A DNA stretch of 64,000 bases, taken from assembly GCF_009914755.1 (NCBI RefSeq), contig NC_060933.1; one strand, given 5' to 3'. The notes under the pieces were generated by a model. It was not told where the DNA came from, did not search any database, and worked only from the letters and a program-made list of their open reading frames with translations. The DNA is from the human T2T-CHM13v2.0 reference genome, Homo sapiens. Below, one piece after another: positions 1 through 14,662 of the stretch. The position numbers and the translations under genes were made by a program. The stretch's first letter is position 1. Each line of letters begins with the position of its first letter.

Positions 1-373
1 ACAGGGTTTATGCCCTTGGTCCATTTTTTTCACCAGCCTTGTCTTGGCTGTGACACCTATCCTGATTCCCTTTCTGATTCTCCATCCAGGGTGGGCCCAT
101 GTACAACTCACTTTTTGTACCACTTCAGTTGTTTCTACTCTTGCCTCCTTTCTCTACACAGTGTAATCTGTCTTTCGCTGACTTGAGAAGAATAATTTGC
201 TTGTCTCAGTAACCTCCCTGTCTTCATTAACTAGAAAATGATTGACAGTTTAGATCAAGATAATTGCTTGATTTAATGTTTCAAGTAAAACTTTCTGTAA
301 TAGTAGACAGCTGACAATCATCTATTCTCACATAGGACTTTGGGCTTCCATGAGGCACTTTAAAATCAAATCC

Positions 374-692
<319 letters not shown>

Positions 693-1101
693 TCATCAAT
701 TCTATTCTTTAAGTTCACATTTTGCCACCAAAAATAGGCAAGGGATTATGTGGGTCAGTAACATTCATAATTATTGTTAGAGGAGGTCTTTGGGCTTATG
801 GTTTTTAATTCTTTAAGCATTCTCTCATACTTTTAATTAGAAGGGATGTTTTAAGAGTTACTTGAACCTGTCCTTTAGAGGAGTGTCTGCTCAGTTGTTA
901 ACATTAAAAAATTGCTAGCCAAAGACTGGGATAGGGGAGGTGAACTAACAGTTGTTGAGAACTGTTTATGTGCTTGGCATTTTATATACATTATCTTTTT
1001 AAAAATTGCTCATGTCTAGATTCAAAGGAGAATGTAGGGGAAAAGGGTAGTTAAAAGAAAATGGTAAATGAGAGAAAATCCTCTCATATATATTTCCGTA
1101 G

Positions 1102-1210
1102 GATTTACAAGACCAGCTAGAGGATATGATGGAAGATGCAAATGAAATCCAAGAAGCACTGAGTCGCAGTTATGGCACCCCAGAACTGGATGAAGATGAT
1201 TTAGAAGCAG
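1102..1210 (+). CDS. CHMP5: CHMP5 internal coding exon (third from last), [36 protein letters not shown](E)
   Basis: Acceptor tttccgtag at 1093-1101, donor gtaag at 1211; 109 nt; Snf7/ESCRT-III-type acidic helix recognised as CHMP5; frame continues into 2759 exon. Confidence 0.96.
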
Positions 1211-1571
1211 GTAAGTTATGAGAAAAGTAATGTATATTTAGTTTTGGAGTCCAAAAGCAACAGCTGCCTGGGACCTTTTCTCAAATGCTAGTGAAAATTT
1301 CTATCAGGATTTCCTGAAGGTTAGTTTATGGTACTGTCCCTGGGCAAAGAGCTTGTGAGGCAGCCACATCAGATTGCATACTCCACCAACAACAGTGGGA
1401 TGGATCAACTCTGAAGGAAGTCCAGGTACAGGCTGACCTGGTGCTTGGTATCTGTAAGTGTCCTCCACGTGGCCTTTCCTTGCTGTATTCCTTTTGATTT
1501 TGTTCTCACTATTTTCCTAGTTGGAGTCCTCTCCCTCAGAACAGCAAAACCAATTAAGAAACAATAATTAG

Positions 1572-1861
1572 GGCCAGGTGCCCTAATCCCAGCACTTTGG
1601 AAGGCCAAGGTAGGCGGATCCACTCAAGCCCAGGAGTTCGAGACCTGGCTGAGCAATATGGCGTCACCCCGTCTCTATAAAAAATACAAAAATTACCCAG
1701 GCATGGTGGTGTGCGCCTGCGGTCCTAGCTACTCGGGAGGCTGAGGTGGAAGGATCACTTGATCCCAGGAGGTAGAGGTTCCAGTGAGCCGAGATTGCCC
1801 CACTGCAGCCTGGGCAACAGAGTGAGACCTTCTCTCAAAAAAAAAAAAAAAAAAAAAAAAG
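1572..1861 (+). mobile_element. Alu (AluJ-like)
   Basis: Alu consensus with small 5' deletion and poly(A) tail. Confidence 0.93.
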
Positions 1862-1864
1862 AAT

Positions 1865-2390
1865 AGTTGGCAAATACTTAGTGTGCATCTACTCTATGCC
1901 AGGTACTCTACTAGGTGGTGGGAATTTAGCACTGAATAAAAATGCAGCCCCTACATTCATGAACCTTCTCTAGCAGTGGAAGACATAAATGGTTTGCTTC
2001 AAGTAATTAATTACTAGAGCACAGACTATAGGGAAGAAGTATGGGGTAGCATGGGAGCACATACTAAGGGACTCTAACCTAGTTAGTAGTGGGAGAGAGG
2101 CATGGGACCTGAAGGGTGAGTAGGGGATAGCATGAAAAAATGAGAAGGGTTGTCGAATGGCCTCAGGGAGAGCAGTCTGGAAGTTATTGCGATAGCCATT
2201 TAAGAGATGATGGTGGCCGAGACTAGCTAGGGTGATGGTAGCAGAAACAGACAGAAGTGGACAGATTGAAGACATCTTAGAAAATTGAGTGGACAAGACT
2301 TAATGATTGACAGGATGTGGAAGAAGTGGGAGGTGTCAAGGGTGGCTGTCAGTTTCTAGCATGAGTAACTGGGTAGATGACAGAACCATT
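1865..2390 (-). mobile_element. L2 fragment
   Basis: L2 3'-end-like text (tactctatgccaggtactctactaggtg...) and purine-rich body. Confidence 0.6.
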
Positions 2391-2758
2391 CCACACTGGA
2401 TTTCTATTGTGTGATTCCCCTGTTACATTACTACTGCTGCTTTCCCGCTCTCTCCATGGTCTATTTTTGCCTAGAACCTTTCATTTTTTTTCCACTTATT
2501 TCTTTATTTTTTAATTTCCCATCTTCAATTGCCCCTGATAAGTCTCTACCTGCTATTGTCATTCCTCTTGGCCACTTCCAACTCATTTTACCACAGACTT
2601 ATTTTTGGAGTCTGATTTCACGTAATGGTCACACAGCATACAACAATCTCATGCCCTCTTCACTGCCTTCTTTCAAGTCCATCGATAAATGAGAGAAATT
2701 ATTAGCTGCCAGTTTTCTTGGTTACATTTTTTTTAAATGTTGACTGTTTCAATCTCAG

Positions 2759-2871
2759 AGTTGGATGCACTAGGTGATGAGCTTCTGGCTGATGAAGACA
2801 GTTCTTATTTGGATGAGGCAGCATCTGCACCTGCAATTCCAGAAGGTGTTCCCACTGATACAAAAAACAAG
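2759..2871 (+). CDS. CHMP5: CHMP5 penultimate coding exon, (E)[37 protein letters not shown]
   Basis: Acceptor ctcag|ag, donor aag|gtgaaa; 113 nt; phase matches both neighbours; overlaps ORF-track entry 2737..3009. Confidence 0.96.
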
Positions 2872-3577
2872 GTGAAAGCTTTTTCTGTTTATATTTCAAT
2901 GCAAAATAGCAAAGGCTTTATGCTTGACCATAAGTCTGGGAATCTAAAAGGTAGTCTTAACATTAGAACAAAGAAAGACAGTCCTGGTCATTATTTTGTG
3001 AACCCTTGAAGGTCCGGTTTTTCTGCATTGGATGATGAACTGACTGCATAAACACTGTCACTGAGGCTCAGGAATATTTTTATAGAATGACAATTTGTGT
3101 AACATACATGATCACCCTTGTTGTGAGCTGGCACTGGGTACCATTGATGGGTCTTAGACATTTCCTGTAAAAGCGTAAGCAACACATGCATGAGACTTGC
3201 TAGGCAGCAGTGAAAAAGTCTCACTCTTCATACACACCAGTTAATTACTGGCTGGATTTTTAATTTTATTTTCCTTTCTTTTTCTTTTTTTTTTTTCCTG
3301 TACACACAGGAGTTTAGAATGGGTGGATTTTCTAAACTATGGATTAATAATTTAAGCATAAAACTTAATGTAGAAAGATTCTAATTTAAGGCAAAAGAAT
3401 CAGAACACCTGACACTAAGTATGACTAATTACTTAGCTATTGTAAGCTTTTCTTTTCCTTGCATCTGTAAAATGCAGATAATTACAAGTATCTCACGTAA
3501 TTGTTGTGCAAGCAAATTAGATCTTGTATGTAAAGGACTGTGCAAACTTAAAGCTCTGTCCAAATCTACATGATTGT

Positions 3578-3860
<283 letters not shown>

Positions 3861-4227
3861 AATAATGACAACCAGGCTGGGCAAGGTGTGACTTTGAGCA
3901 AAATAGCAGAAATTTATGTCTTCTTTTTGAACCTCATCAGTTTTTCCTACCTGTAAAATGTGAGAGCAAAGGGCAGGGAGCAGGTAATTTCTTAGGTCCA
4001 TTATTACTGGTTTCTGTGAGTATGCATCTTCCTCTATTGTATCCTTCCCTTCTCTGTTGAGCCTGGGATAGTCTTGCCTTTCTGAACTGCCCACTCCTCC
4101 CCGACCTCTCTGGCAACTTCAAGGTCCCAGGTCCATGGGTTGCTTTTTCTCAGCAACCCATGAAATAATTTTTATTAATACTACCATAGCCCACCTTGTT
4201 AATTTCCTAGTAACAAGTCCCTGTAGC

Positions 4228-4533
4228 GGCCAGGCGCGGTGGCTCAAGCCTGTAATCCCAACACTTTGGGAGGCTGGGGCAGGCGGATCACGAGGTCAAG
4301 AGATCGAGACCATCCTGGCCAACATGGTGAAACCCCGTCTCTACTAAAAATATAAAAAATTAGCTGGGCGTGGTGGCAGGCTCCTGTAATCCCAGCTACT
4401 TGGGAGGCTGAGGCAGGAGAATCACTTGAAGCCGGGAGGCGGAGCTTGCAGTGAGCCGAGGTCGTGCCATTGTACCACTCCAGCCTGGGCAAAAAGAGCA
4501 AAACTCAATCTCAAAAAAAAAAAAAAAAAAAAA
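4228..4533 (+). mobile_element. Alu (AluSc/Y-like) with TSD aagtccctg(t/a)agc
   Basis: Full Alu, A tail, flanking direct repeat. Confidence 0.95.
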
Positions 4534-4566
4534 GTCCCTGAAGCATCTATGTTATTTCCACTTTGA

Positions 4567-4947
<381 letters not shown>

Positions 4948-5454
4948 TAAAAGAATGGCTACTCCATAGGCAGAGCAGCCCTGGTGTTTTCATTGATAGT
5001 GATGTCGCTGCCTATGATTATAGTAAAGCATGATATGGAAGTGACTGCCTATCCACGGGCACTGCTCCTTCAAGGATTTGGGAGGCTAAGAAAGGTATTG
5101 GTCCAGAGTGAAAATGCAAATCTGGAGGCAAGGACCCACTCCTCAACCTTTCCTTTTTGACTCTCCCAGCCTCCTTTTCCCCTTTCCAGGTTTACTCTTA
5201 GATTTCTCTTTCTCCCTCTTTCACTCTCTTTCCCCTGTGGAGGAGCCCCCTTTTGGCCCTTTCTAGTTCTCTTCTTGATTCATCACTTCCTCCTTTACCT
5301 TTCATGAAAAAGCTTGTTCTCATCTTATGACTGCGATTTTGGTTTTGATTGATTAAATACTTGGAAATGAGTTTTAACTATTAAATGTTTGTAATCCTTT
5401 TTTTTTTTATCAAATAGAAAAATAGTGGCACTAAACATTGCTTCCTTTTTACAG

Positions 5455-5505
5455 GATGGAGTTCTGGTGGATGAATTTGGATTGCCACAGATCCCTGCTT
5501 CATAG
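5455..5505 (+). CDS. CHMP5: CHMP5 last coding exon, DGVLVDEFGLPQIPAS*
   Basis: Acceptor cttcctttttacag; TAG at 5503-5505; matches the recalled CHMP5 C-terminus. Confidence 0.96.
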   Translation, partial: DGVLVDEFGLPQIPAS

Positions 5506-5786
5506 ATTTGCATCATTCAAGCATATCTTGTAAAACAAACACATATTATGGGACTAGGAAATATTTATCTTTCCAAATTTGCCATAACAGATTTAGGTTT
5601 CTTTCCTTTCTTTGAAGGAAAGTTTAATTACATTGCTCTTTTATTTTTTCCATTAAGAGACTCATTGCTTGGGAAATGCTTTCTTCGTACTAAAATTTGA
5701 TTCCTTTTTTTCTTATGAAAAACGAACTCAGTTTAAAAGTATTTTTAGCTCGTATGACTTGTTTTCATTCATTAATAATAATTTGA

Positions 5787-5792
5787 AATAAA
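5787..5792 (+). terminator. Proximal polyadenylation signal AATAAA of CHMP5
   Basis: Canonical hexamer about 280 nt after the stop. Confidence 0.6.
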
Positions 5793-6138
5793 ACTAAGGA
5801 AATGGAATCTTAAAAGTCTATGACAGTGTAACTCTACAGTCTCAAAATGACCTGATAAATTGATAAGACAAAGATGAGATTATTGGGGCTGTTCATATTA
5901 TGATTCAGAATCATTTTCTATTGTGGTATTATAGGTTGGTTAAAGTGATGGCCTTTTTGATGGGTTTTGTTGTGTCTTGTGAACAAGTCGTTACTGTGTC
6001 CATTATTGGAATGGAATTATCACTACTGTATCATGAGTGGGTATTTTGATTCTATGGTTCCCTCAGTATTACATCTTGACTTGTAATCAATTATGAATAT
6101 TTCTTGATATTTAATGTATAGGACATTTATTTATACTC

Positions 6139-6144
6139 AATAAA
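6139..6144 (+). terminator. Distal polyadenylation signal AATAAA of CHMP5
   Basis: Canonical hexamer with upstream TGTA (CFIm) elements near 6082 and 6116 and T-rich flanks. Confidence 0.7.
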
Positions 6145-6989
6145 TATTTTTCAAAAGGATATAATTTTAATAATATCACTTCAGCTTAAAACCTCTACTG
6201 CGGAAACCAAATTTAATAGAATTTTAATGTCATTTCAGCCTATAACTCCACTACAGAAACCAAATTAACCAGTAGCATTGTGAGGAAAGAGCAAGGAACA
6301 ATCTGGGCTTGGGCCCTGGGTCTACCATTTACTAACTACTGAGTAGTCTATTCAACCTCTCTAACCTTCTGTTTCCTTATTAGTAAAATCATGCTTAACT
6401 CACAGAGCTTTTGTGAGGAATAATTGAGGTAATGGTCATAAGTACCTTGTTAACTGCAAGGGGCTATTCTTATATGAGGGATTGTTAACAATAAAAAAGA
6501 AACTGCTTCATTCTTTTCTTGGAAGGTGCCTGGAGTACTACAGCAAGTTCAAACTCCTGCCCAATTTCAGGGTCTTTAATGATCCTGTCCTCCCTTCCTC
6601 ATTCAACTTGTTGCCAACAGCATGGCCCCTCCAGCCTAGCTGGGTGCCTCACAGTGCTATGTGCACCTGACTCTCATGTGTCTGCAGATCAAACCAATAA
6701 ACATTTAGGAACACCAGCTTTGTAGAAGTCTCTGTACCAGCCCAGGGGTTACCAAGTTCCTCTCTTCAGGAGTTCTTGTCTAGTTACAAGTGGAGATGAG
6801 ATAACGTATGTAACCCTCTCCTATCTCCAACCTCACCTTCTCAAGAAGCCTTCCAGAGGGAGCAAACATTATAGTATTCATCATTACCTTCTTGAAACCT
6901 TTCTTGGCTTTTCTGTGAGTTCTGTGTTTTCTTCTAATCTGGCCCACTTACTCTCTTATATGGATACCTCTTTCTTAGCCCCTTGAATA

Positions 6990-8130
6990 TTTCTTCCATT
7001 AGAGTTCCAATCTGTATTCTACTTGAGAAATCTCACACCAATGATATCAACTATTACCTACACACTAATGACTCAAAATGACTGTCACTAGCCTAGACTT
7101 CTTATCCTTATTTTCAATTCTGGGCATTTCCACTTAAATGCCCCATCGTTACCTAGAATCTAACATATCCAAATTAAGCTCATTATCTTGGGGTTCACTG
7201 TCAGCAAACATTTCTCGTTGATTTCTCGTCTTGCTTAGTGTTACCAGTGATTCATATATTGCCCATTTTAGTGGGTGATATTTAGCCCTTTAGCTAGACC
7301 ACATTAGTGCATTGGATACGAGTGAGCAATCATTCTACCTAAATCTCTACTCTCTTGGGTTTTGTGATAGTACTCTCCGGTTCTCCTGTTCCTCTAACTA
7401 TTCCCTCTAAGGCTTCTTTCTGAAATCCTCAACTCTCTAACTGTAATGTTACTGCTCCTCTGGATTCTAGCTTTTACCCCCCAGACTTCTTTCTCTGTTT
7501 ACTTACATTTAGTGATCTCAGCTATTCTCATGGCTTTAACTGCTAACTTCCAAATCTATACTTCTATCCCTGAACTTGCCCCTGAGTTTCAGAATCTTAT
7601 TTATATCCAGCTGTTTGCCTAACAAATATTTGGATGTTCCAGAAGCCCACAAGCACCTCACATTCAAATAGCTGAAACAGCCTATCACCTTTCCTCAGAC
7701 CTGAATCTCCTGCTTCTGTTTTCCCTGTCTCATGATGGGAGATGTGAGACAGGGAAACCATTGTCTCATGATGGGAGGCTGTGAGGCTAATGGAATTATT
7801 ATTCTCCTATCATTTAAAACAGAAAGCGCTTGAGTTGTCCTTGATGCCTACATTTTGCCTACACAGTCAATTATCCTTAAACCCTAATCCCTGTTTCTCA
7901 AATCTAACTCCTCCTCTCCTTCTCTCAACTCTCCCTGGCCTAGATGTCTCTCACATAGTCTTTTGGAATGTCTTCTCTTCTCGCATAGTTTCAATTCCTT
8001 GAGTACACTGATCACATATAGCTACTCTTACCTTTCTAAAATATAAATCTGACTTGAATTCTTTAATGTCCTCTAATACTTCCACCGGGGCATAAAAAGC
8101 TGCCAATGACCTGGCCTCTGCCTATCTGTA
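6990..8130 (+). mobile_element. L2 fragments
   Basis: L2-like motifs (tcaactattacctacacactaatgactc; cacaagcacctcacattcaa). Confidence 0.55.
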
Positions 8131-8199
8131 ATGGTTTATTGCCTAGTCTTTTCAGAAAGCATTTCCTTTCTTTCAAGGGAACTGCTCCCCCATTTCAAC

Positions 8200-8560
8200 T
8201 GTGCGATTATTAGGAACATGCCAATTTTAGAGTAGTACTGTCCTTACCCTTCCAAGCTATGGAAGTGTGTATGTGGTCACGCTGTGTCTATCAGAGTCCA
8301 TAACTCACATTTTCTAAATAGAAAGTAGGGGAAGTGCTACTCTTTGTCAGTATGAGAGATTGAAGCCAGAGGGGAGCCAAGATGAGAGACAGACTGAAAG
8401 ATGTCCATGGCACTCAGCTCTGAATTCTGATCCTTGACATTCCAAGTCTCTACAACTCTTCGTTCTGTGAGGTATTTGAGGATTCTGCAAATAAACTTAA
8501 CCCCCTTTTCTGCTTAAAGTAGTTGGCATTGGGTTCCTGTCACTTGCCAGTAAGAGACAG
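8200..8560 (+). mobile_element. MaLR LTR (MLT1-type)
   Basis: Ends with the MLT1-like aataaa...ttgggttcctgtcacttgc terminus. Confidence 0.55.
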
Positions 8561-9084
8561 AATAATTGCTCTGCAGCTTGTGTCATGTCACACTTTTCAA
8601 TTTTGTGATCTAGTAATTGTTCTGCATCTGGTCCCCCCACATCCACCATATAGCCATGATTCCTTGCCTCTGTTCATGGTTTCTCCTACCTGAAGCTTCC
8701 TTATGTCTTTGTCATTCTGCTAATTCTTCCTGTATTGGGGAAAGGCCAAAGGGCATGCCCTGGTCTGCATCAATACCAGTGAATTAAAGGAAAGTGGAAG
8801 GAGTGAGTCCTGTATTAGAAAGCCCTAGGTACCATAAAGCCTGTGATCATCACTCCTATAGCTACCACCAGACAACCTCACTGGTCAATATTTCACCTGT
8901 TAACTACTAGGAAAGAGCAGAATTGAGTGCAGGGGGTCCTAGGTTTTAATCTGTCAGTTCTGAGAGTTTAGCAGGAATGGGGAAGGAGATTGATATGATT
9001 CTGTATAGAAAAAGTTTGGCACTTCTATCATCCATATCCCTTAGCTTTCCTTTTGTGTTTTCTTATAGTTATGTCACCAAGAGA

Positions 9085-9215
9085 GTTATTAAAAATATTG
9101 ATGTCTGGGTCCTACCCCCATAGATTCTGATATAATAGATCTGGATACAGTGTGGGCATTTGGATTTTTAAAAGCTCCCCCAAGTACTTAAGTGTATCCA
9201 GAGTTAACTGCTGCT
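9085..9215. mobile_element. MER5-type hAT DNA transposon remnant
   Basis: cccatagattctgat...ggcatttggatttttaaaagctcccca motif. Confidence 0.55.
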
Positions 9216-9329
9216 CTGTGGTGCCTGATCAGTCTGAACCTATTTTCATGGTTAAGCATTCTGGACTGTTACCATCAATTTCTGCAGTGAAGGAGTAGGC
9301 AATGATTGCCCTAAGGTAAAGTTGTTCGT

Positions 9330-11750
<2,421 letters not shown>

Positions 11751-11759
11751 TTGCTTGCT

Positions 11760-12377
11760 CTGTGAAATGGATTTCGGCCTTTTATTTATTCTTTGCCAGC
11801 TGGCAGATATTAAACCTTGTCAGCAGAGGGCACTGGAGAGATACTGCAGGAGGAAAAGGGTTTTGGCTCCTGTTTCTGATTTCAGTGGGGCAGGCTTCTG
11901 TAGTCTGGGCAACTTCTTCAATGGCTTCTGCAATGCACTGGCTTCTTCAGTGCCTGGCTATCGCACTATATAGTGACCAGTTGTCAGAAACTTCTCCTAG
12001 CACTCCCCGCAGATGGTTTGTAGTAGAGTACCTCTGGTGAGACACCTCCCCAAGAATGGCTTCAACCAGCACTCCGTAAGAAAAATGTCTGGCAACTTCC
12101 ATGCCATCCAGTGAGCCACAGGTCTTTTCTCTAACGAGGTCTGCAGGCCAGCTCTGGTCTCGGCTCTTCTTTGACACTCTTACCTCAGCCCTAGCTGCTC
12201 TTTATATATGGTAATCCTGTTTTGGAATTATCTTGCTTCTTTACTAGCCAATCCATTATTATTCCAACCCCCTATTATACTTAATAAATCTTTAAATAAA
12301 ACTTTCCTTATTAAAAAAATGTAATTCCTGTTCAAAAAGTGGGGTTCTTCTCTCCTGATTGGACCCAGACTGATACA
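11760..12377 (+). mobile_element. ERVL-class solo LTR (LTR33/LTR41-like)
   Basis: gccagctgg...agagggcactggagag start region, AATAAA, terminal ctcctgattggacccagactgataca. Confidence 0.55.
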
Positions 12378-12607
12378 CCTGGTAATTTTTAAAGGTGACT
12401 ATAAAGTTTGATGAGCTGTCAAAATTAAGGATTTATGTTCAACAAAGGACAAAATTAATATTTAATGGAATAGAAGACAATTTAAATGTCTAAAACTGAC
12501 GAGTGACACCTGTAATATACAAGAAACCATCAGGAAGAAAAATGGGCAGTGGATATGGATAAGCAGTTTTAAAAGGAGGAAACTCAAAAGACCATCATTA
12601 AATGTTT

Positions 12608-12875
12608 GGCCCGGCACGGTGGCTCACGCCTGTAATCCCAACACTTTGGGAGGCCTAGGTGGGTGGATCACCTGAGGTCAGGAGTTCAAGACCAGCTGGC
12701 CAACAGGATGAAACCCCGTCTCTACTAAAAATACAAAAATTAGCCGGGCGTGGTGGTGGGTGCCTGTAATCCCAGCTACTTGGGAGGCTGAGGCGCAAGA
12801 ATCGCTTGAACCCGGGAGGCAGTTTGCAGTGAGCCGAGATGGTGCCACTTCACTCCAGCCTAGGCGACAGAGTGA
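12608..12875 (+). mobile_element. AluS lacking its 3' end and tail, joined directly to the retrocopy
   Basis: Alu consensus up to ...gcgacagagtga, then abrupt switch to non-Alu sequence. Confidence 0.92.
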
Positions 12876-14625
12876 TAAGATTCCTTTTATTTTTCAAACC
12901 AATGGGGCTGTGTCTGTTGTCCCCCTCGGTCCCCAGGGGTGGGGGGGCCTTGGAAGGCAGGGTGGTGTTGGGGGGCTGGGGGGCAGGCTGAGTGTGTGTG
13001 TGTGTGTGTGTGGGTGTGGGTGTGTGTGGAGTGTGGGTGTAGGACTCCAGTCCCAGCTGCTGCCTAGGCTCCTGTGGGTCCGACCGGGTTCCCCCTCCCC
13101 TGTCCACCTTCCCCAACAGGGCTATAGTTTCAGGGTGTCCCAGGCCTTGGCTGGTTGGCTGGGCCCAGCTCCTGGGGGCTGGGCAGGGCAGGGCAGGGCA
13201 GGGCCGGGTCCACTTCCATTGTTAGCAGTTGTTTGCAGAATTTTCTCTTTTACCATTCCTCTCTTTTTGTTCTCGCCCAGAGTGGGTGGTTTTTTGTTGT
13301 TGTTTTAGATTTTCATGTGAAGGCAGAGAGTTTTTTTTCTTTTTTAACTCCCCATCCCCCTATGCGGGGTGTCATTTCACCATCCACATCCTTGTTTGCG
13401 TTTCTGGCCCTCGTCCTCCCTGCCTCTCCTCTGCCTCCCCAACCCCCGCCTACCTACTGCTCCCAGGGGTCTCTCCAGGGGCAGGGGGATTTCAGGAGAT
13501 GGGGTGGGGGCCAGCCCCTACTGGACCCTTGTAATCTGATTTGAAGACCATCCCCCTGATGGGACCAGCAGCCCCGCTGGCCCACTGGGGGTCCCTCTTA
13601 ACATCTGCTTGTTGTGGGGGTCAGTGCCACGGTCTGCTGGGGTCTTGGCACTGTCTTCCTGGCCGGGGCCTGGCACCTTAGCCCCCAGCCGGCCCGAGTG
13701 GGGGATATCGACACCCCCAGCTAAAGCACAAGCACCTTAGTCATCCCTCCTCTCCCCCTGCCTCCTGGCCTGCCACCCCACCCCAGCGTTTACCCCAAAG
13801 CACAATGCCCTGGTCACTTGGCAAGTGGCTGGGCCTGACGGAGGCCAAGGGGCAGACCGGGGCTCCAGCCAGACCCCCGAAAGGAAGCAGGTGCTCCCCC
13901 ACTTCCAGGACTTAGTTGGGGCGGGGGGCCCAGCTCCTGGGCCTAGGGTCTTCTCACCCCCACCCCCTTGTCCTGGGTAGGCCCCTGCCTGCCCCTCTCT
14001 GCCTTTTCCTCGGGTGTCCCTCCTCGAGCCCCTGCGGCACTGGCTTGGGTGGCAGAGCCCACTTGTTTCAGGGACCCCAGGAGGTGGTGCCCCCTGGCTC
14101 CTGGGACTGTGTGTGGGTCTGGGGGGTGGGGAGAAGTGTCGGGCAGGGGGTGCAGGGGAGGAAACTCCTCACCAGGAAAGCCAAAGACAGGGTTGTGCCT
14201 TACCTCAGGAGCCACCCGTTCCCCCTTGCCCTGCCGTTCACCCTCCACCTTTCCCCCCGGGCGGCCTGCTGCTTTTTCCTTCTCTTCCTCCCCTGCCCTG
14301 CCCTGAGCTGCATGGTTCCCCTACCCTGGGAAGCCAGGAAGGAATCTGAATGGAGAATCACCAACCACCAAAGAAAAAAAGACTGCGGGGCCCTCCCCTG
14401 CCAACTCCCCTTCCCTGGCCGCCCACTCACCCACACCTCTTTCACGCAGGACAGGCTGCCCACCCTGTCCACGTGAAGTGCCAACGCCCTCCCCACCCTG
14501 GGCCGAGCCCCCACCCCTCCCTGGGCCCCCAAGTGAGATTGCACATTTAACTACTGTAAGGAGAGGAGCGGCGTTGGCAAATGTGAACCATGAGAATATC
14601 GGTGATACTGATGAGAATAAACGCC

Positions 14626-14656
<31 letters not shown>
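12876..14656 (+). pseudogene. Probable processed retrocopy of a GC-rich mRNA 3' UTR (parent gene not identified)
   Basis: Abrupt GC-rich, repeat-free block in an AT-rich context; AATAAA at 14616-14621 followed 9 nt later by a pure A26 tract (14631-14656); no credible coding ORF. Confidence 0.75.
12992..13040. repeat. (GT)n microsatellite with GGGT interruptions
   Basis: Direct reading. Confidence 0.9.

Positions 14657-14662
<6 letters not shown>

Larger units (their letters stand above)
5506..6165 (+). other. CHMP5: CHMP5 3' UTR (AU-rich)
   Basis: Repeat-free AT-rich sequence after the stop, up to the distal AATAAA; exact cleavage site inferred. Confidence 0.8.
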
